Shown here: piece by piece, positions 26,361-37,203 of the stretch
How the letters are laid out: every line of letters begins with the position of its first letter
Numbering within the stretch: position 1 is the first letter of the stretch
DNA from: Chitinophagaceae bacterium
GTDB lineage: Bacteria > Bacteroidota > Bacteroidia > Chitinophagales > Chitinophagaceae
Length of the DNA: 64,000 nucleotides
Direction of reading: 5' to 3'
Assembly: GCA_043756605.1 (NCBI GenBank)
Contig: JAYURR010000174.1
Coordinates: forward strand, 4,641-68,640
Notes under the pieces: model-generated
The model's input: the letters and a program-made list of their open reading frames with translations, nothing else
The model's database searches: none
What the model was told of the DNA's origin: nothing
Position numbers and translations under genes: made by a program

Positions 26361-27593
26361 ATGAATTCAACTATAGCTTTATCAGCAAACGCACAACAAT
26401 ATCTAGAACTGGAAGAAAAATATGGTGCACATAATTATCATCCATTACCCGTTGTGTTAAACCGCGGCGAAGGCGTTTTTTTATACGATGTTGATGGCAA
26501 ACGTTACTACGATTTTTTAAGCGGCTACTCTGCCGTTAACCAGGGACACTGCCACCCAAAAATTATTGCAGCATTGGTTGAGCAGGCACAAAAACTTACA
26601 TTAACATCACGTGCTTTTCACAGTAATTTATTGGGCGAATATGAAAAATACATTACTGAATATTTCGGCTACGATAAAGTTTTACCCATGAACACCGGTG
26701 TGGAAGCCGTAGAAACAGCCATAAAACTCTGCCGCAAATGGGCTTATGAGGTAAAAGGCATTGCGCCAGATCACGCAAAAATTATTGTGTGCGATGGAAA
26801 TTTTCATGGCAGAACGGTAAATGTTATTTCTTTCAGCAGCGATCCTTCTGCAAAAAATAATTTTGGTCCGTTTATTTCCGGCTACAAATCTATCCCACAC
26901 AATGATTTAGCTGCGCTTGAAAAAGCCTTTCAGGATAAAAATGTTGCTGCTTTTTTATTTGAACCCATACAGGGCGAAGCTGGGGTGGTTGTGCCTGATG
27001 CTGGTTACTACAGCAGTGTACGTAATCTTTGCAATGAGTATAATGTTTTAATGGTGGCCGATGAAATACAAACCGGCCTTGCACGTACAGGTAAAATGCT
27101 GGCATGCGATCATGAAAATGTGCGGCCCGATGTGTTAATCCTGGGCAAAGCCTTAAGCGGCGGTGTGTTGCCGGTTAGTGCGGTGCTTTGCGATGATGAA
27201 ATTATGATGACGATAAAGCCTGGTGAACATGGCAGCACTTATGGCGGCAATCCGCTTGCATGTGCCGTTGCCATAACTGCCTTGCAGGTTTTAAAAGATG
27301 AAAACTTATCTGCCAACGCAGAAGCAATGGGTAATTTATTGCGCAGCGAAATAGAGAAACTGAATTCGCCTTTTATATCCATTGTACGTGGTAAAGGATT
27401 GTTAAATGCCATTGTTATTAAACATACAAACCCCGATGCTGCATGGGATCTTTGTTTGTTACTAAAAGAAAACGGCCTGCTGGCAAAACCAACGCATGGC
27501 GATAAGATACGTTTTGCACCACCGCTTGTAATCAATAAAGAACAGGTGATGGAGTGTGTGGGGATAATTGAGAGGAGTTTGAAGCAACTCTAA
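26361..27593 (+). CDS. rocD: Ornithine--oxo-acid transaminase
   Basis: [55 protein letters not shown]. Confidence 0.95.
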   Translation: MNSTIALSANAQQYLELEEKYGAHNYHPLPVVLNRGEGVFLYDVDGKRYYDFLSGYSAVNQGHCHPKIIAALVEQAQKLTLTSRAFHSNLLGEYEKYITEYFGYDKVLPMNTGVEAVETAIKLCRKWAYEVKGIAPDHAKIIVCDGNFHGRTVNVISFSSDPSAKNNFGPFISGYKSIPHNDLAALEKAFQDKNVAAFLFEPIQGEAGVVVPDAGYYSSVRNLCNEYNVLMVADEIQTGLARTGKMLACDHENVRPDVLILGKALSGGVLPVSAVLCDDEIMMTIKPGEHGSTYGGNPLACAVAITALQVLKDENLSANAEAMGNLLRSEIEKLNSPFISIVRGKGLLNAIVIKHTNPDAAWDLCLLLKENGLLAKPTHGDKIRFAPPLVINKEQVMECVGIIERSLKQL

Positions 27594-27594
27594 A

Positions 27595-27629
27595 TAAGGA
27601 AGTCAAACTTTTAAAGCTTGACTTCCTTA
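27595..27629. terminator. Hairpin between convergent rocD and transporter genes
   Basis: taaggaagtcaa / ttgacttcctta 12-bp stem; no long U-tract. Confidence 0.5.
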
Positions 27630-27635
27630 AAAGAA

Positions 27636-28427
27636 TCAATTACCTTTTGTTGTTTTTAACCTAAAAGATGCTCCAATTGAATAAAAATTATCAGGTGCTT
27701 TTTTATTTAAACCAAAACCAGCAGAAGCATCAATTTTAAAATTATTACTTAGATAATAAGCAAAACCAAAATCAATACTATTTTCTGGACTATCATTTTT
27801 CCATATAAATCCAAAAATTTCAATAAAGGCAAACCAATTTTCAGTTATGTTTAACCTTGGCGAAAAGCTGAATAAATAAGTAGGATTACGTGTATCAAAT
27901 GTTTTCCATTCTATACCTACATTATAAGACAAAAAAATATTTTCAGAAAAGGTATGCTGAAAAGCAACCCTAAAATTTGCACCATCAATTGTGTCTCTGC
28001 TTTTGTACATAGTACGGAACCTTCGAAAATCATAATGTGCAATTAAAGAAACTCTTGGACTAAATCCTTTTCCCTTTAAAAAATTTAATTTCCCTCCTAA
28101 TTGAATACTATTTAAACCAGTACGACTTGTATTGCCATTTACATTTTTTTCTTTAATTGTTGCAAATTCTGATATTAATCTTATTTCAATTCGCTTTCCA
28201 AGTCCGTATTTTGTTAATAAAAATGGATGCTGTACATAAAGATCTTTTTTGGGAACATTAACTTTTTCAGTTTGTATTGTAAAGCCGCTCTCAAACTGCA
28301 TCCATTTTTTGAGAACCGTAACAGGGCTAATGGTTTTTCCTGGACGATCTGTTTCTATTTTTTCATTTTGTGCGGATACGATAAGAGAAATCAAAGCAAA
28401 CCAGGTGCTACATATTATCTGTTTCAT
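27636..28427 (-). CDS. Outer-membrane beta-barrel 'transporter' (MetA-pathway-like family)
   Basis: Signal peptide, IETDRPG motif, KYGLGKRIEIR, C-terminal alternating aromatic strand (IGASFRL). Confidence 0.75.
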   Translation of the reverse strand: MKQIICSTWFALISLIVSAQNEKIETDRPGKTISPVTVLKKWMQFESGFTIQTEKVNVPKKDLYVQHPFLLTKYGLGKRIEIRLISEFATIKEKNVNGNTSRTGLNSIQLGGKLNFLKGKGFSPRVSLIAHYDFRRFRTMYKSRDTIDGANFRVAFQHTFSENIFLSYNVGIEWKTFDTRNPTYLFSFSPRLNITENWFAFIEIFGFIWKNDSPENSIDFGFAYYLSNNFKIDASAGFGLNKKAPDNFYSIGASFRLKTTKGN

Positions 28428-28517
28428 TTTTTTGGTTATTTACTTGCAAATATTTCTGAGAGCGTAGAAATATTTGCAAGTAAAATTATAAAATGTTTCT
28501 TTTTAAAAGAAACTTAT

Positions 28518-30356
28518 TTATCTAATAAATTGAACATTACCATAAGGATTATTACATCCCCCACAACCACCATTAATAATATTATAAGGGCAGCCAGGTA
28601 TAGCCACACGCCATGTATAAGTACCCGGGTCGGCTGGTTGCCCGCCATATCTTCCATTCCAAGAGTAACTGGCAGCGGTTGGGCCTGTAGAGTAAAAAAC
28701 CAGGTTCCCCCAACGGTTCCAAATCCAAAATTCTCCTCCTGAATAATCTTCTAAGTTTATTGGTCTGAATACATTATTAGGAGGATTAGAAGAAGGTATA
28801 AATGCATTTGGGATGGCAACTTTTCTTGGGTTATGGTGCAAAACAGTTTGATTGTTAGAACCTATACAACCTGCATAATTTGTATTTGCTACAGTTAAAG
28901 TGTATGGATAAGATATAGGGGTTTGCGCTGGTGCATTTACAGCAGGTGGAGTTTGAGGTGGTAATAATATTGTTGGCTTTTCATCACTTGTACTACTAAG
29001 GTAAGTTGCTGGTGACCATGTGAATGTATAGTTTAGATTTGTTATGCTAGGATCACGATATTGTAGATTATAAGTTGGTATTAATTGAACGGCAGATGGA
29101 TTACAGTTATAAACACGATAAGTCTTTGCATCAACCACCATTTTTTGTACATAATAGGTTATAACATTTGATAATACAAATTGTGTTGGGTTTGAAATAT
29201 TATAAGCGTACATTCTGTATTCGTATAGACCGGCCACGCTCTCTGTTCTTACATAATTCATAGTAGTTGCACTTGGAATATCAATCCAATTTCCCCCATT
29301 GGTACTTTTTTGCCATTTGAAGCCTGGGTTTGCATATGGAATTGTTGGCGTTGGCCAACGGGAGTATATGTTAACTGTACCACTATTGCATGTATATGAT
29401 TTAACGTCGATAGTAGTGGGAGAAAATGAGGCAAGTATTGGCGGATAACAGGGTGCAAATGAAATGTCATCAACACAAAAATCATTCCCCTGCCCATCAT
29501 TATTTTTGTTTATAAGGATAATTTGTACAGCGGTAATACCACTGGGAAGATTGAACAAAAAAGATATTTTTTTCCATGGATCAGATGGGTCATACTCTAT
29601 TCGATAAGAGCCACTTTGTTGAATTAAATTATTTGACAAGTCATATATTTCAAATTGAAGTCGAGGTCGTTCAAAAGATGGATAGTTTGCTAAATTTGCT
29701 ACGTAAACTGAAAATTCATAACCAAAGGCTTGAGTTAAGCCTGTTGCGGTGGTTCTATATACCTCTCCTCGATTTTCATCACCATCAACCATCAACATAT
29801 AACCATTTACATCACCGGGAGTGTGATCTTGAATTAACCCTAACCAATTGCCATTGCACCCCACAGTATTGTTTGATATAGTGTAATATCCTGGCTGGAG
29901 GTTGCAAATTGGAATATAAGGATAAGTTATCGTCCCTGGAGGTAAAGCTGGTCCGGGATTAAAACCAGTTCCAAAATCTTCATAAATTGCCGCTGGTCCT
30001 AAAACACCGCTACATGTTTCTAAAATGCCTTCAACAAAATTTACAATATCAACATTTGCAAATCCGGTTTGGCTACCTAAATCTTCATAAACTTCAATAG
30101 AACCCGTTGCGTTTTCCCAGGCTGGAATATTATCCCATTGAATAGTTACCGTATGTTTATCAGAAGATAAAACAGTCCCCAGATACACTGTCCAAGTAAC
30201 ATTTGCATAATTTTCATAAATACTGCCCCAGCTTGGCCAATTAGCTGTGTAAGTTTCTACTGCTCCGGGCGTTACAGATTTGTTGCCCACTATAAAATCA
30301 TCTGCCTTAACAAAAAAGCAAAGTATGCTTAGCATACAGGTAAATAAAAGTTTCAT
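28518..30356 (-). CDS. T9SS type-B (gliding-motility-associated CTD) surface protein
   Basis: Signal peptide; DHTPGDVNGYMLMVDG domain; C-terminal IPNAFIP...FWIWNRWGNLVF...WNG...GTY...VQFIR. Confidence 0.88.
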   Translation of the reverse strand: MKLLFTCMLSILCFFVKADDFIVGNKSVTPGAVETYTANWPSWGSIYENYANVTWTVYLGTVLSSDKHTVTIQWDNIPAWENATGSIEVYEDLGSQTGFANVDIVNFVEGILETCSGVLGPAAIYEDFGTGFNPGPALPPGTITYPYIPICNLQPGYYTISNNTVGCNGNWLGLIQDHTPGDVNGYMLMVDGDENRGEVYRTTATGLTQAFGYEFSVYVANLANYPSFERPRLQFEIYDLSNNLIQQSGSYRIEYDPSDPWKKISFLFNLPSGITAVQIILINKNNDGQGNDFCVDDISFAPCYPPILASFSPTTIDVKSYTCNSGTVNIYSRWPTPTIPYANPGFKWQKSTNGGNWIDIPSATTMNYVRTESVAGLYEYRMYAYNISNPTQFVLSNVITYYVQKMVVDAKTYRVYNCNPSAVQLIPTYNLQYRDPSITNLNYTFTWSPATYLSSTSDEKPTILLPPQTPPAVNAPAQTPISYPYTLTVANTNYAGCIGSNNQTVLHHNPRKVAIPNAFIPSSNPPNNVFRPINLEDYSGGEFWIWNRWGNLVFYSTGPTAASYSWNGRYGGQPADPGTYTWRVAIPGCPYNIINGGCGGCNNPYGNVQFIR

Positions 30357-30427
30357 AAGTGAAATTTTTGGTTTAAAAAATTGTTAGTATTTGATTTTTC
30401 AAAAACACTGGATAACAACTATTAACA

Positions 30428-31432
30428 TTAAAATTTTATAAACTTGTCTTCTAAAAACCGTTCTCTTGTATTCGCTCCTTTATAAATTAAAGAGATTTCA
30501 ATTGCTCCTTTTTGATTGGTATTTTTTGTAGTGATGTTAATATCATACGAAGTATTTAAAGTAAACCCACCAAAATTTAAACCAGCAGTTGGTATTATTG
30601 AAGTTCCTCTGATAACAGTATTTCTTAACCATGCCCCTAAAAGAAATTGATTATTTCTGTTTAACTTAAGCTGAAAGTTTAAACCGCCAAATAAGTCATT
30701 AACTGATTTATTTGAATAACTCATCAGAAATGCTGCATACAGTTTTTTCTCATCAGAGATTGTTTTTTCCCAGCCTACATGAGTCCAAATCTGCCGGGGC
30801 AGGTTAAATTCTCCTCCCTGAAAAACACGGTTTGGTTTTGTAATATGATACATAGAAACTCCGGCAGTAAAAAAATTGTTTGAATTAAACCTACCCTGAT
30901 AAATTAAACCTGCGTTAAGATCGGTATATGTAAAATCTACATCATTGAGCTGAAAAATATTAATTGCATAGCCAGAGTTAATCCAGGATAAAAGCTGATC
31001 TTCAAACACCAGGGTTGGTTTTTTTAGTTGCCTTCGTGCAAAAGTTGTTTGAAAGCCAATGCCAAGTTGTTGCTTACCCTCATCATCAAGTGCTTTTTGG
31101 TAGGCAAGTGAAATTGCTAAATAAGTGTTTTTAATTCCCTCTGTTTGGCTAATTTCGGAAAGCCCTAAAATACCAATTGCAAAACAGTCGTTCTCAGGTG
31201 CTATCTTATTTAAAATTTTCGAATCGAAAAATGTAGTGCTTTGGGTATAAATTTTTTCCTGCGCATTTACTTCTCGTCTAAAAGCACCACCAATTCGATA
31301 GCTTTTATTATACCGCCCTGTATTGGCAGGATTAATTAATAAAGGAGATGAATAAAATTGAGAAAATCTTATCTGGCATTCAGCAGTTTCAGTAATTAAA
31401 AAAAAGGTAATTAAAAAGAAATAATGTTTCAT
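30428..31432 (-). CDS. PorP/SprF family T9SS membrane protein
   Basis: QIRFSQFYSSPLLINPANTG, N-terminal signal (start moved to ATG 31432), SYDIN...GAIEISLIY. Confidence 0.88.
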   Translation of the reverse strand: MKHYFFLITFFLITETAECQIRFSQFYSSPLLINPANTGRYNKSYRIGGAFRREVNAQEKIYTQSTTFFDSKILNKIAPENDCFAIGILGLSEISQTEGIKNTYLAISLAYQKALDDEGKQQLGIGFQTTFARRQLKKPTLVFEDQLLSWINSGYAINIFQLNDVDFTYTDLNAGLIYQGRFNSNNFFTAGVSMYHITKPNRVFQGGEFNLPRQIWTHVGWEKTISDEKKLYAAFLMSYSNKSVNDLFGGLNFQLKLNRNNQFLLGAWLRNTVIRGTSIIPTAGLNFGGFTLNTSYDINITTKNTNQKGAIEISLIYKGANTRERFLEDKFIKF

Positions 31433-31564
31433 TTTTATGAATTTTGACTGACCTACCAAATTTGAAGTATTACAAAACAAAGAAAATTACAAATAAATAA
31501 AAATCCTAACCCATTAATAGATACTTTATCCAAATTTTGTTTACTTTACATAAAATATCAATTT

Positions 31565-31921
31565 ATGATACACCAGAACCTAAAAAAACTAAGAGAATTC
31601 AGAAATTATAGTCAGGAGTTTATGGCAAGCGAGTTAGGTAAATCACAAAATGCTTATAGCCAAATGGAAACGGGGAAAACAAAAATTAAAGAAGAAGAAA
31701 TAATTAAACTATCAGCAATATTGGAAGTAACTCCCACAGAATTAATGTCTGATGAACCAATTGTAATAAAAATAAACAATACCAAAGTTGAAAATGGTGG
31801 TATTTTTAATGGCAACCTACAGAATTTATATTATGAACAAAAAGAAGAAATATCATTTTTGAGGGACCAATTAGCAAAAAAAGATGAGCAAATTGATAAA
31901 ATTTTATCTGCCTTAAAATAA
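31565..31921 (+). CDS. XRE-family helix-turn-helix regulator
   Basis: LKKLREFRNYSQEFMASELGKSQNAYSQMETGKT, with a C-terminal coiled coil. Confidence 0.9.
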   Translation: MIHQNLKKLREFRNYSQEFMASELGKSQNAYSQMETGKTKIKEEEIIKLSAILEVTPTELMSDEPIVIKINNTKVENGGIFNGNLQNLYYEQKEEISFLRDQLAKKDEQIDKILSALK

Positions 31922-31949
31922 ACAATCTTCCCAACCAATATTCACTAAA

Positions 31950-32660
31950 TTGGATACCCATCTACATCACGACCACATAGAATCTCATTTAAAAAGCAGC
32001 GACCTATTAAGAGATGTGGTTATTGGTATGAGTGATGGCCTTACGGTACCTTTTGCACTGGCGGCGGGTTTAAGCGGTGCTGTTGATACAAGCAGCATTA
32101 TTGTAATTGCTGGTATTGCCGAAATTGCGGCAGGCAGTATTGCCATGGGTTTGGGTGGTTATCTTGCCGGAAAAACAGAACAGGATCACTACCGCAGCGA
32201 AGTAAAACGGGAATACAATGAAGTGGAAAACCTGCGCCACAAAGAGATTGAGGAAACCAAAGAATTTTTTGCCAACATTGGATTAAGTCCGGCTTTGCAA
32301 CAACAGGCAACCGATGAAATTGCACAGGATAAAGATCGCTGGGTTGATTTTATGATGAAGTATGAGTTGGGTTTGGATAAACCTGATCCGAAACGTGCAA
32401 CCAAAAGTGCTTTGAACATTGGATTGTCTTATATCGTAGGTGGTATCATTCCGCTTAGCCCGTATTTTTTTATTGATGATTCTATTGAAGCACTTAAAAT
32501 ATCGCTTATTGCTACTTTAATCTGTCTTTTTGTTTTTGGTTTTTTTAAAAGCAAAATAACTGGTGTTAATCCACTTTGGGGTGCACTAAAAGTAACACTT
32601 ATTGGCGCATTGGCTGCTGCTGCTGCATTTGGTGTTGCAAAACTATTTGAAATGCATTAA
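31950..32660 (+). CDS. VIT1/CCC1 family iron/manganese transporter
   Basis: LRDVVIGMSDGLTVPFALAAGLSG, SIAMGLGGYLA; TTG start uncertain. Confidence 0.9.
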   Translation: MDTHLHHDHIESHLKSSDLLRDVVIGMSDGLTVPFALAAGLSGAVDTSSIIVIAGIAEIAAGSIAMGLGGYLAGKTEQDHYRSEVKREYNEVENLRHKEIEETKEFFANIGLSPALQQQATDEIAQDKDRWVDFMMKYELGLDKPDPKRATKSALNIGLSYIVGGIIPLSPYFFIDDSIEALKISLIATLICLFVFGFFKSKITGVNPLWGALKVTLIGALAAAAAFGVAKLFEMH

Positions 32661-32769
32661 GAATATCGAATGTGCGAATAGCGAATTGAGAATGTAAAGT
32701 GACTGCTAAAGTATTAAAACCTAAAAAGTAGAAATACATTCGATATTCAACATTTACAAATTCAATATT
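32661..32769. repeat. Empty heptamer inverted-repeat element (gaatatc/gaatgt family)
   Basis: gaatatcgaatgtgcgaatagcgaattgagaatgt directly after the VIT stop; inverse arm acattcgatattcaacatttacaaattcaatatt (32736-32769) just beyond the CDF stop. Confidence 0.65.
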
Positions 32770-32774
32770 GTATT

Positions 32775-33758
32775 TTATGCATGGTGCTTATGATTGCTGC
32801 TGATATTCTCCATCGTCCATTCAACCTTCTTTTCAAAAGCATGTTTACGAACAGGGCAATCTGTTTTTGTGCAGATTTTACAGGAGAAATCGAGGCAGCC
32901 ATCTGAATGTACAAACAGTTCAACCGATTCGCCATATTCGTTTTTAACTAAGTTAGATAGCTCATCAATTTCTTTGTGTGCTTCATGCACATTTAAATAC
33001 CAGGGCACAGTAAGATGGCAATCAAGGTGAATGGTGCTGCCATATTTTATAATACGCAGGTTGTGCAGGTCTATCCAGTTTTCCCGCCGGTTTGCATTCA
33101 GCATTTCCACCATTTTTTTTAGCAGGGTTGTATCAGCCTCATCCATAATACCAGCTAGTGAACTCCTCAAAATTTTATAGCCTGTAAAAATAATAAAGAG
33201 TGAAAAGGCAATAGCAACAGCACTATCAATCCAAAGCAGATCGGTAATTAAAATCAAAATCAAGCCTACCACAATTCCCAAAGTACTCCAGGTATCTGTT
33301 TGCAGGTGTTTACCGGTTGATACCAATGCCATCGAATTATTTTTTTTACCGGTTTTAATACAGAAAGAACCTGCAAAATAATTGAGAAGCCCGGTTATAG
33401 CAACCAACACAATTCCGTAGTCTAATTTTTTTATGGTATGCGGATGAACAAGATTGTTGAAAGCCTCGTAAATGATAATAAAACCCGCAATAGTAATTAA
33501 AGTGCCTTCAACAGCAGCAGAAATAAACTCTGCCTTACCATGCCCGTATGGATGATCCTGATCACGTGGCTTTGCAGATACATACAAACTGTAAACACCT
33601 ATCAACCCGGCAACCACATTTACTATACTTTCAAATGCATCGGTTAAAATAGCAACCGATCCGGTTAAATACCAGGCAACCGTTTTACCAATTAATAATA
33701 AAATAGAAAGAACCGCAATGCGTTTCTGAATTTTTAAATTGTATAATGCTTTTTGCAA
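32775..33758 (-). CDS. Cation diffusion facilitator family transporter
   Basis: AILTDAFESIVN, PRDQDHPYGHGKAEF, HLQTD, WIDLHNLR. Confidence 0.92.
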   Translation of the reverse strand: MQKALYNLKIQKRIAVLSILLLIGKTVAWYLTGSVAILTDAFESIVNVVAGLIGVYSLYVSAKPRDQDHPYGHGKAEFISAAVEGTLITIAGFIIIYEAFNNLVHPHTIKKLDYGIVLVAITGLLNYFAGSFCIKTGKKNNSMALVSTGKHLQTDTWSTLGIVVGLILILITDLLWIDSAVAIAFSLFIIFTGYKILRSSLAGIMDEADTTLLKKMVEMLNANRRENWIDLHNLRIIKYGSTIHLDCHLTVPWYLNVHEAHKEIDELSNLVKNEYGESVELFVHSDGCLDFSCKICTKTDCPVRKHAFEKKVEWTMENISSNHKHHA

Positions 33759-33838
33759 GAGACGTAATTATTGGTTGTAAAGATACAAAAGCGATATGGA
33801 TGAAGCGGCTTAACCGAGTAACTTACCAAAAGAAGATA

Positions 33839-34127
33839 TCCCACAAAGGCGCAAAGGCACAAAGTGAAGTTGCTGCGCAACTTTGGGCTTGGCACAGAAG
33901 CTCAGAAACACAGAAAAGAAAATCAATTGTATTTATTTGTGCAATCTGTGGCAAAAAAAATTCCGGAGAGAATTAATACTTTGCAGAAGGTAAAAAGATA
34001 CCACAGCTTAATAGGATTTTTTCTGCTACACAGAAATTTTTAGACACAAACACTAATCACACAAAGATATTTTGAAGATAAATTAATAGTTCTTTGTGTG
34101 CTTTGTGACTTAGTACCTTACTGGGAA
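33839..34127. repeat. Cluster of nested nonamer-arm palindromes
   Basis: tcccacaaaggcgcaaaggcacaaag (33839-33864); cacacaaag/ctttgtgtg pair (34058-34100); atttgtgcaatctgtggc half-arm (33935-33952). Confidence 0.6.
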
Positions 34128-34140
34128 ATACAAAAAATTA

Positions 34141-35487
34141 TTACAACAACTGTATTCTTTTATGCGGATTTGCCTCGGCAAATGAGTATATATTACTGCG
34201 GATATAATCGTTATCAGCATAAGGATTAAGCACAGCCTTCAAATCGCCCGAACTGCTGATGGCAAAGGATTTTGGCAGGTAACCCATGCCCCAGAAACTT
34301 CCACGCTCTATCAGTAAACATAATTTTTCATCTTCCTTAATACCTTCATCAACCAATGCAAATGTTGGCAGGTTTACAGACAAAGCATCCAGTGCATTTT
34401 TAATTTTAAGGTTGTAAACTCCCGGTAGTTCCAATGCCTCAACTTCTGGTTTGGAGTAAGGCGTTTTATCAATAAAACATAACCGGGCATCCAGGTTAAA
34501 TTCTTCTACCATTTTTTTTATCAATACCAAACCTTCGTTCAGCAAATTAAAATTGTATAAATGCGGCAGGTTTTTTTTCTTTTTATCAATGGCCAATCTT
34601 ATGTATCCCCGGTTATCTTCAAAAGAATACAAAGCATATTTTACCGCCGGTTGTTTCTGACTTTTATTGTAGCGTGGCCACAATCTTTTTATTTCGGTGC
34701 TTTCAAATACAATCGCCTCCAACTCTGTTGCACATTGTTTGTAAGAGACTTTATAAATATTGCGGATAAAATTTTGCCGTTTTAAATCAGGATTATTATG
34801 CGTAAAATGGCTGGTCACTCTTTTTTTAAGGTTGATGGCTTTGCCAACATAAATTACTTTGTCTTTGCTGTTGTGAAAATAGTAAACGCCTGGCCTTGCA
34901 GGCAGTTTATCAATAACCTGTTTATCCAGGTTCATCGGCAGCCAATGCTCTGCAGATGTACGTTTTAGCATTAAATCAATGTGAGTTTGAGAACCATTTG
35001 CCAGCATATGTTCAAACAGTTTAACTGTTGCTTTTGCATCGCCACCGGCCCGGTGTCTGTTTTCAATTGGTATTTTTAAAGATCGGCAAAGGTTTCCCAG
35101 ACTGTAAGAAGGCAAACCAGGAAAAACTTTTCTTCCAAGCCTTACGGTGCATAATTTTTTTGCAGTTAAATCGTAGCCAGATTGTTTTAGCTGATGTTTT
35201 ACAAAAGAGTAATCAAAATTTACATTATGGGCAACAAAAATGTTTTCATTTAAAATTTCAAAAAGCACATCGGCAATTTCATCAAAAGCAGGCGCATCTG
35301 CAACCATCGCATTATCAATACCGGTTAGCGATGTAATAAATTTTGGAATAAGTTGCCGTGGATTGATAAGCGTTTCAAAATGTTTTATCAACCTTTGGCC
35401 ATCATGCACAAATACAGATATCTCAGTAATGCCATTTGCCGAAGCATGGCCACCAGTTGTTTCAATATCTACAATTGCATAATTCAT
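34141..35487 (-). CDS. DnaQ-like 3'-5' exonuclease fused to a GIY-YIG (UvrC-like) nuclease domain
   Basis: IVDIETTG, VAHNVNFD, HRAGGDA (ExoI-III); GVYYF...IYVGKAINLKKRV. Confidence 0.9.
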   Translation of the reverse strand: MNYAIVDIETTGGHASANGITEISVFVHDGQRLIKHFETLINPRQLIPKFITSLTGIDNAMVADAPAFDEIADVLFEILNENIFVAHNVNFDYSFVKHQLKQSGYDLTAKKLCTVRLGRKVFPGLPSYSLGNLCRSLKIPIENRHRAGGDAKATVKLFEHMLANGSQTHIDLMLKRTSAEHWLPMNLDKQVIDKLPARPGVYYFHNSKDKVIYVGKAINLKKRVTSHFTHNNPDLKRQNFIRNIYKVSYKQCATELEAIVFESTEIKRLWPRYNKSQKQPAVKYALYSFEDNRGYIRLAIDKKKKNLPHLYNFNLLNEGLVLIKKMVEEFNLDARLCFIDKTPYSKPEVEALELPGVYNLKIKNALDALSVNLPTFALVDEGIKEDEKLCLLIERGSFWGMGYLPKSFAISSSGDLKAVLNPYADNDYIRSNIYSFAEANPHKRIQLL

Positions 35488-35575
35488 CGGGCAACGAAAA
35501 TACTAATTATCTTAGTCATTAAATATTTTTTCTCTGAAAGTAATATTGCAAATTTGATTTGATAATAAATATAAC

Positions 35576-35905
35576 ATGGAAATAAAATCATTCCCTTTTC
35601 AAACACTCGACTGGGCTGTTATTGAAACCGAAGAACACGCAGGAACAACCGGCATGGCTTACTGGAAAATTTTTAACATGGGCGATATCAGAATGCGCAT
35701 GGTTGAATATTCAGCCGGTTTTTTCGCCGATCATTGGTGCAATAAGGGACATATCATTTACTGCATCAGCGGACAAATGATAACAGAACTGGAAGACGGA
35801 AGAACATTTATTTTATCGGCTGGCATGAGCTATCATGTTGGCGACAACAGCAATGCACACCGCAGCAGATCAGAAAATGGATGCACATTATTTGTTGTTG
35901 ATTAA
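35576..35905 (+). CDS. DHCW-motif cupin-fold protein
   Basis: MVEYSAGFFADHWCNKGHI. Confidence 0.88.
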   Translation: MEIKSFPFQTLDWAVIETEEHAGTTGMAYWKIFNMGDIRMRMVEYSAGFFADHWCNKGHIIYCISGQMITELEDGRTFILSAGMSYHVGDNSNAHRSRSENGCTLFVVD

Positions 35906-36579
35906 ACCGGATTTTCTTCCTCGGGGTGTGTAAATTTATGTATGGCATCTTTATGCCGTATCATTTTAATAGCCTGTATTAAAGCCGTTAAAGCAAAAAT
36001 GCCACCTATCACCCAATTAAGATATTGCTGGCTGTTGCCAATTCTTTGCACCAGCCACTTCCCCCCAAAAATAAAAACACAATTACCGGCCAGTGTGCCC
36101 AAACCAATGCCAACAATGTAAATATTGTATTGTGTTTTTACGGGCTCCAAAAATTTTTTAGTAAACAACACCGTACTCCAGCCAAACCAAAATGGTATTT
36201 GCACCGGGTTGATGGCACACATAAACATACCCAGTAAAAAACGGTGCATATTATTTTGCAGCAACACGTTTTTTCCGTCGCCGCCCTCTTTGGCTGCCGC
36301 TATAAAACTGCCCACAGCCAAAGCAATAATAATGATGAGTGTAAACCATTCCATCGCCTTCATCAGCTTTTCCTGTTTGCGAATCCAATCAACACCTACA
36401 AGCGATAAGCGTACATAAATCATTTCAACCAATAAAGATCCAAAGGAAAAATAAATTGCATTGGTAATACTTTCCTGAATACCGATTTGCATGGCCGCCA
36501 CATTTAATGTGCCCAACGGCAACGACCCCAGGAAACTGATGAGTAGCCCCCATAAAAAAACACGGAGTAATTTTGGCAT
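35902..36579 (-). CDS. LysE family transporter
   Basis: FLGSLPLGTLN, INPVQIPFW, multiple TM segments. Confidence 0.82.
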   Translation of the reverse strand: MPKLLRVFLWGLLISFLGSLPLGTLNVAAMQIGIQESITNAIYFSFGSLLVEMIYVRLSLVGVDWIRKQEKLMKAMEWFTLIIIIALAVGSFIAAAKEGGDGKNVLLQNNMHRFLLGMFMCAINPVQIPFWFGWSTVLFTKKFLEPVKTQYNIYIVGIGLGTLAGNCVFIFGGKWLVQRIGNSQQYLNWVIGGIFALTALIQAIKMIRHKDAIHKFTHPEEENPV

Positions 36580-36641
36580 GGCACAAAGATAACGGCCAGA
36601 GCCAATACCAATAATAAAAAAATTCTTAAAACGGCTATAGA

Positions 36642-37184
36642 TTACTTTGCATAAACCGATAAAGAAACCGTTAAATTATCCGACAAGGAGACACTGCTGC
36701 CGCCCACGCCAAAATCTCTTCTGTTAATTTTAAATTCGCCATCAAATACATAACCGCCATTTTTTTGTTTTGCTGCAAACCCAAACTCCACAGGCTTTGT
36801 AACGCCCTTAATGGTTAAATTACCAAACATATAAAACCTGCCTGCAACTTTAGACAGTGCAATTTTTGTACTCTTAAACTGAATGGTTTTATTTGTTGCG
36901 GCATCAAAATATTCTGGTTTACGCAAATGCTCGTCACGGCTGTCGTTATCGGTATCAATGGTGCCGGCATCAATGGTTACATCAAATGAAGATGCTGGCA
37001 AATTTGCCGGATAAAATTTAACATTGCCTTTCAAGCCTTTAAAATTGCCATTTGTTTTTATGCCGAAATTTTTAATTACAAATTTCACATTACTCTCTGC
37101 ATCAACCGGAGTTAAAGATGACTGTGCATTTATACAATTTGAATAAATGAAGAAAAAGAAGAGTAAAAAAAATATTTTTTTCAT
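36642..37184 (-). CDS. YceI family protein
   Basis: Signal peptide; IDTDNDSRDEHL, GNLTIKGVTKPV, INRRDFGVG. Confidence 0.9.
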   Translation of the reverse strand: MKKIFFLLFFFFIYSNCINAQSSLTPVDAESNVKFVIKNFGIKTNGNFKGLKGNVKFYPANLPASSFDVTIDAGTIDTDNDSRDEHLRKPEYFDAATNKTIQFKSTKIALSKVAGRFYMFGNLTIKGVTKPVEFGFAAKQKNGGYVFDGEFKINRRDFGVGGSSVSLSDNLTVSLSVYAK

Positions 37185-37203
37185 GATGGCTTGTTTATAA
37201 TTA

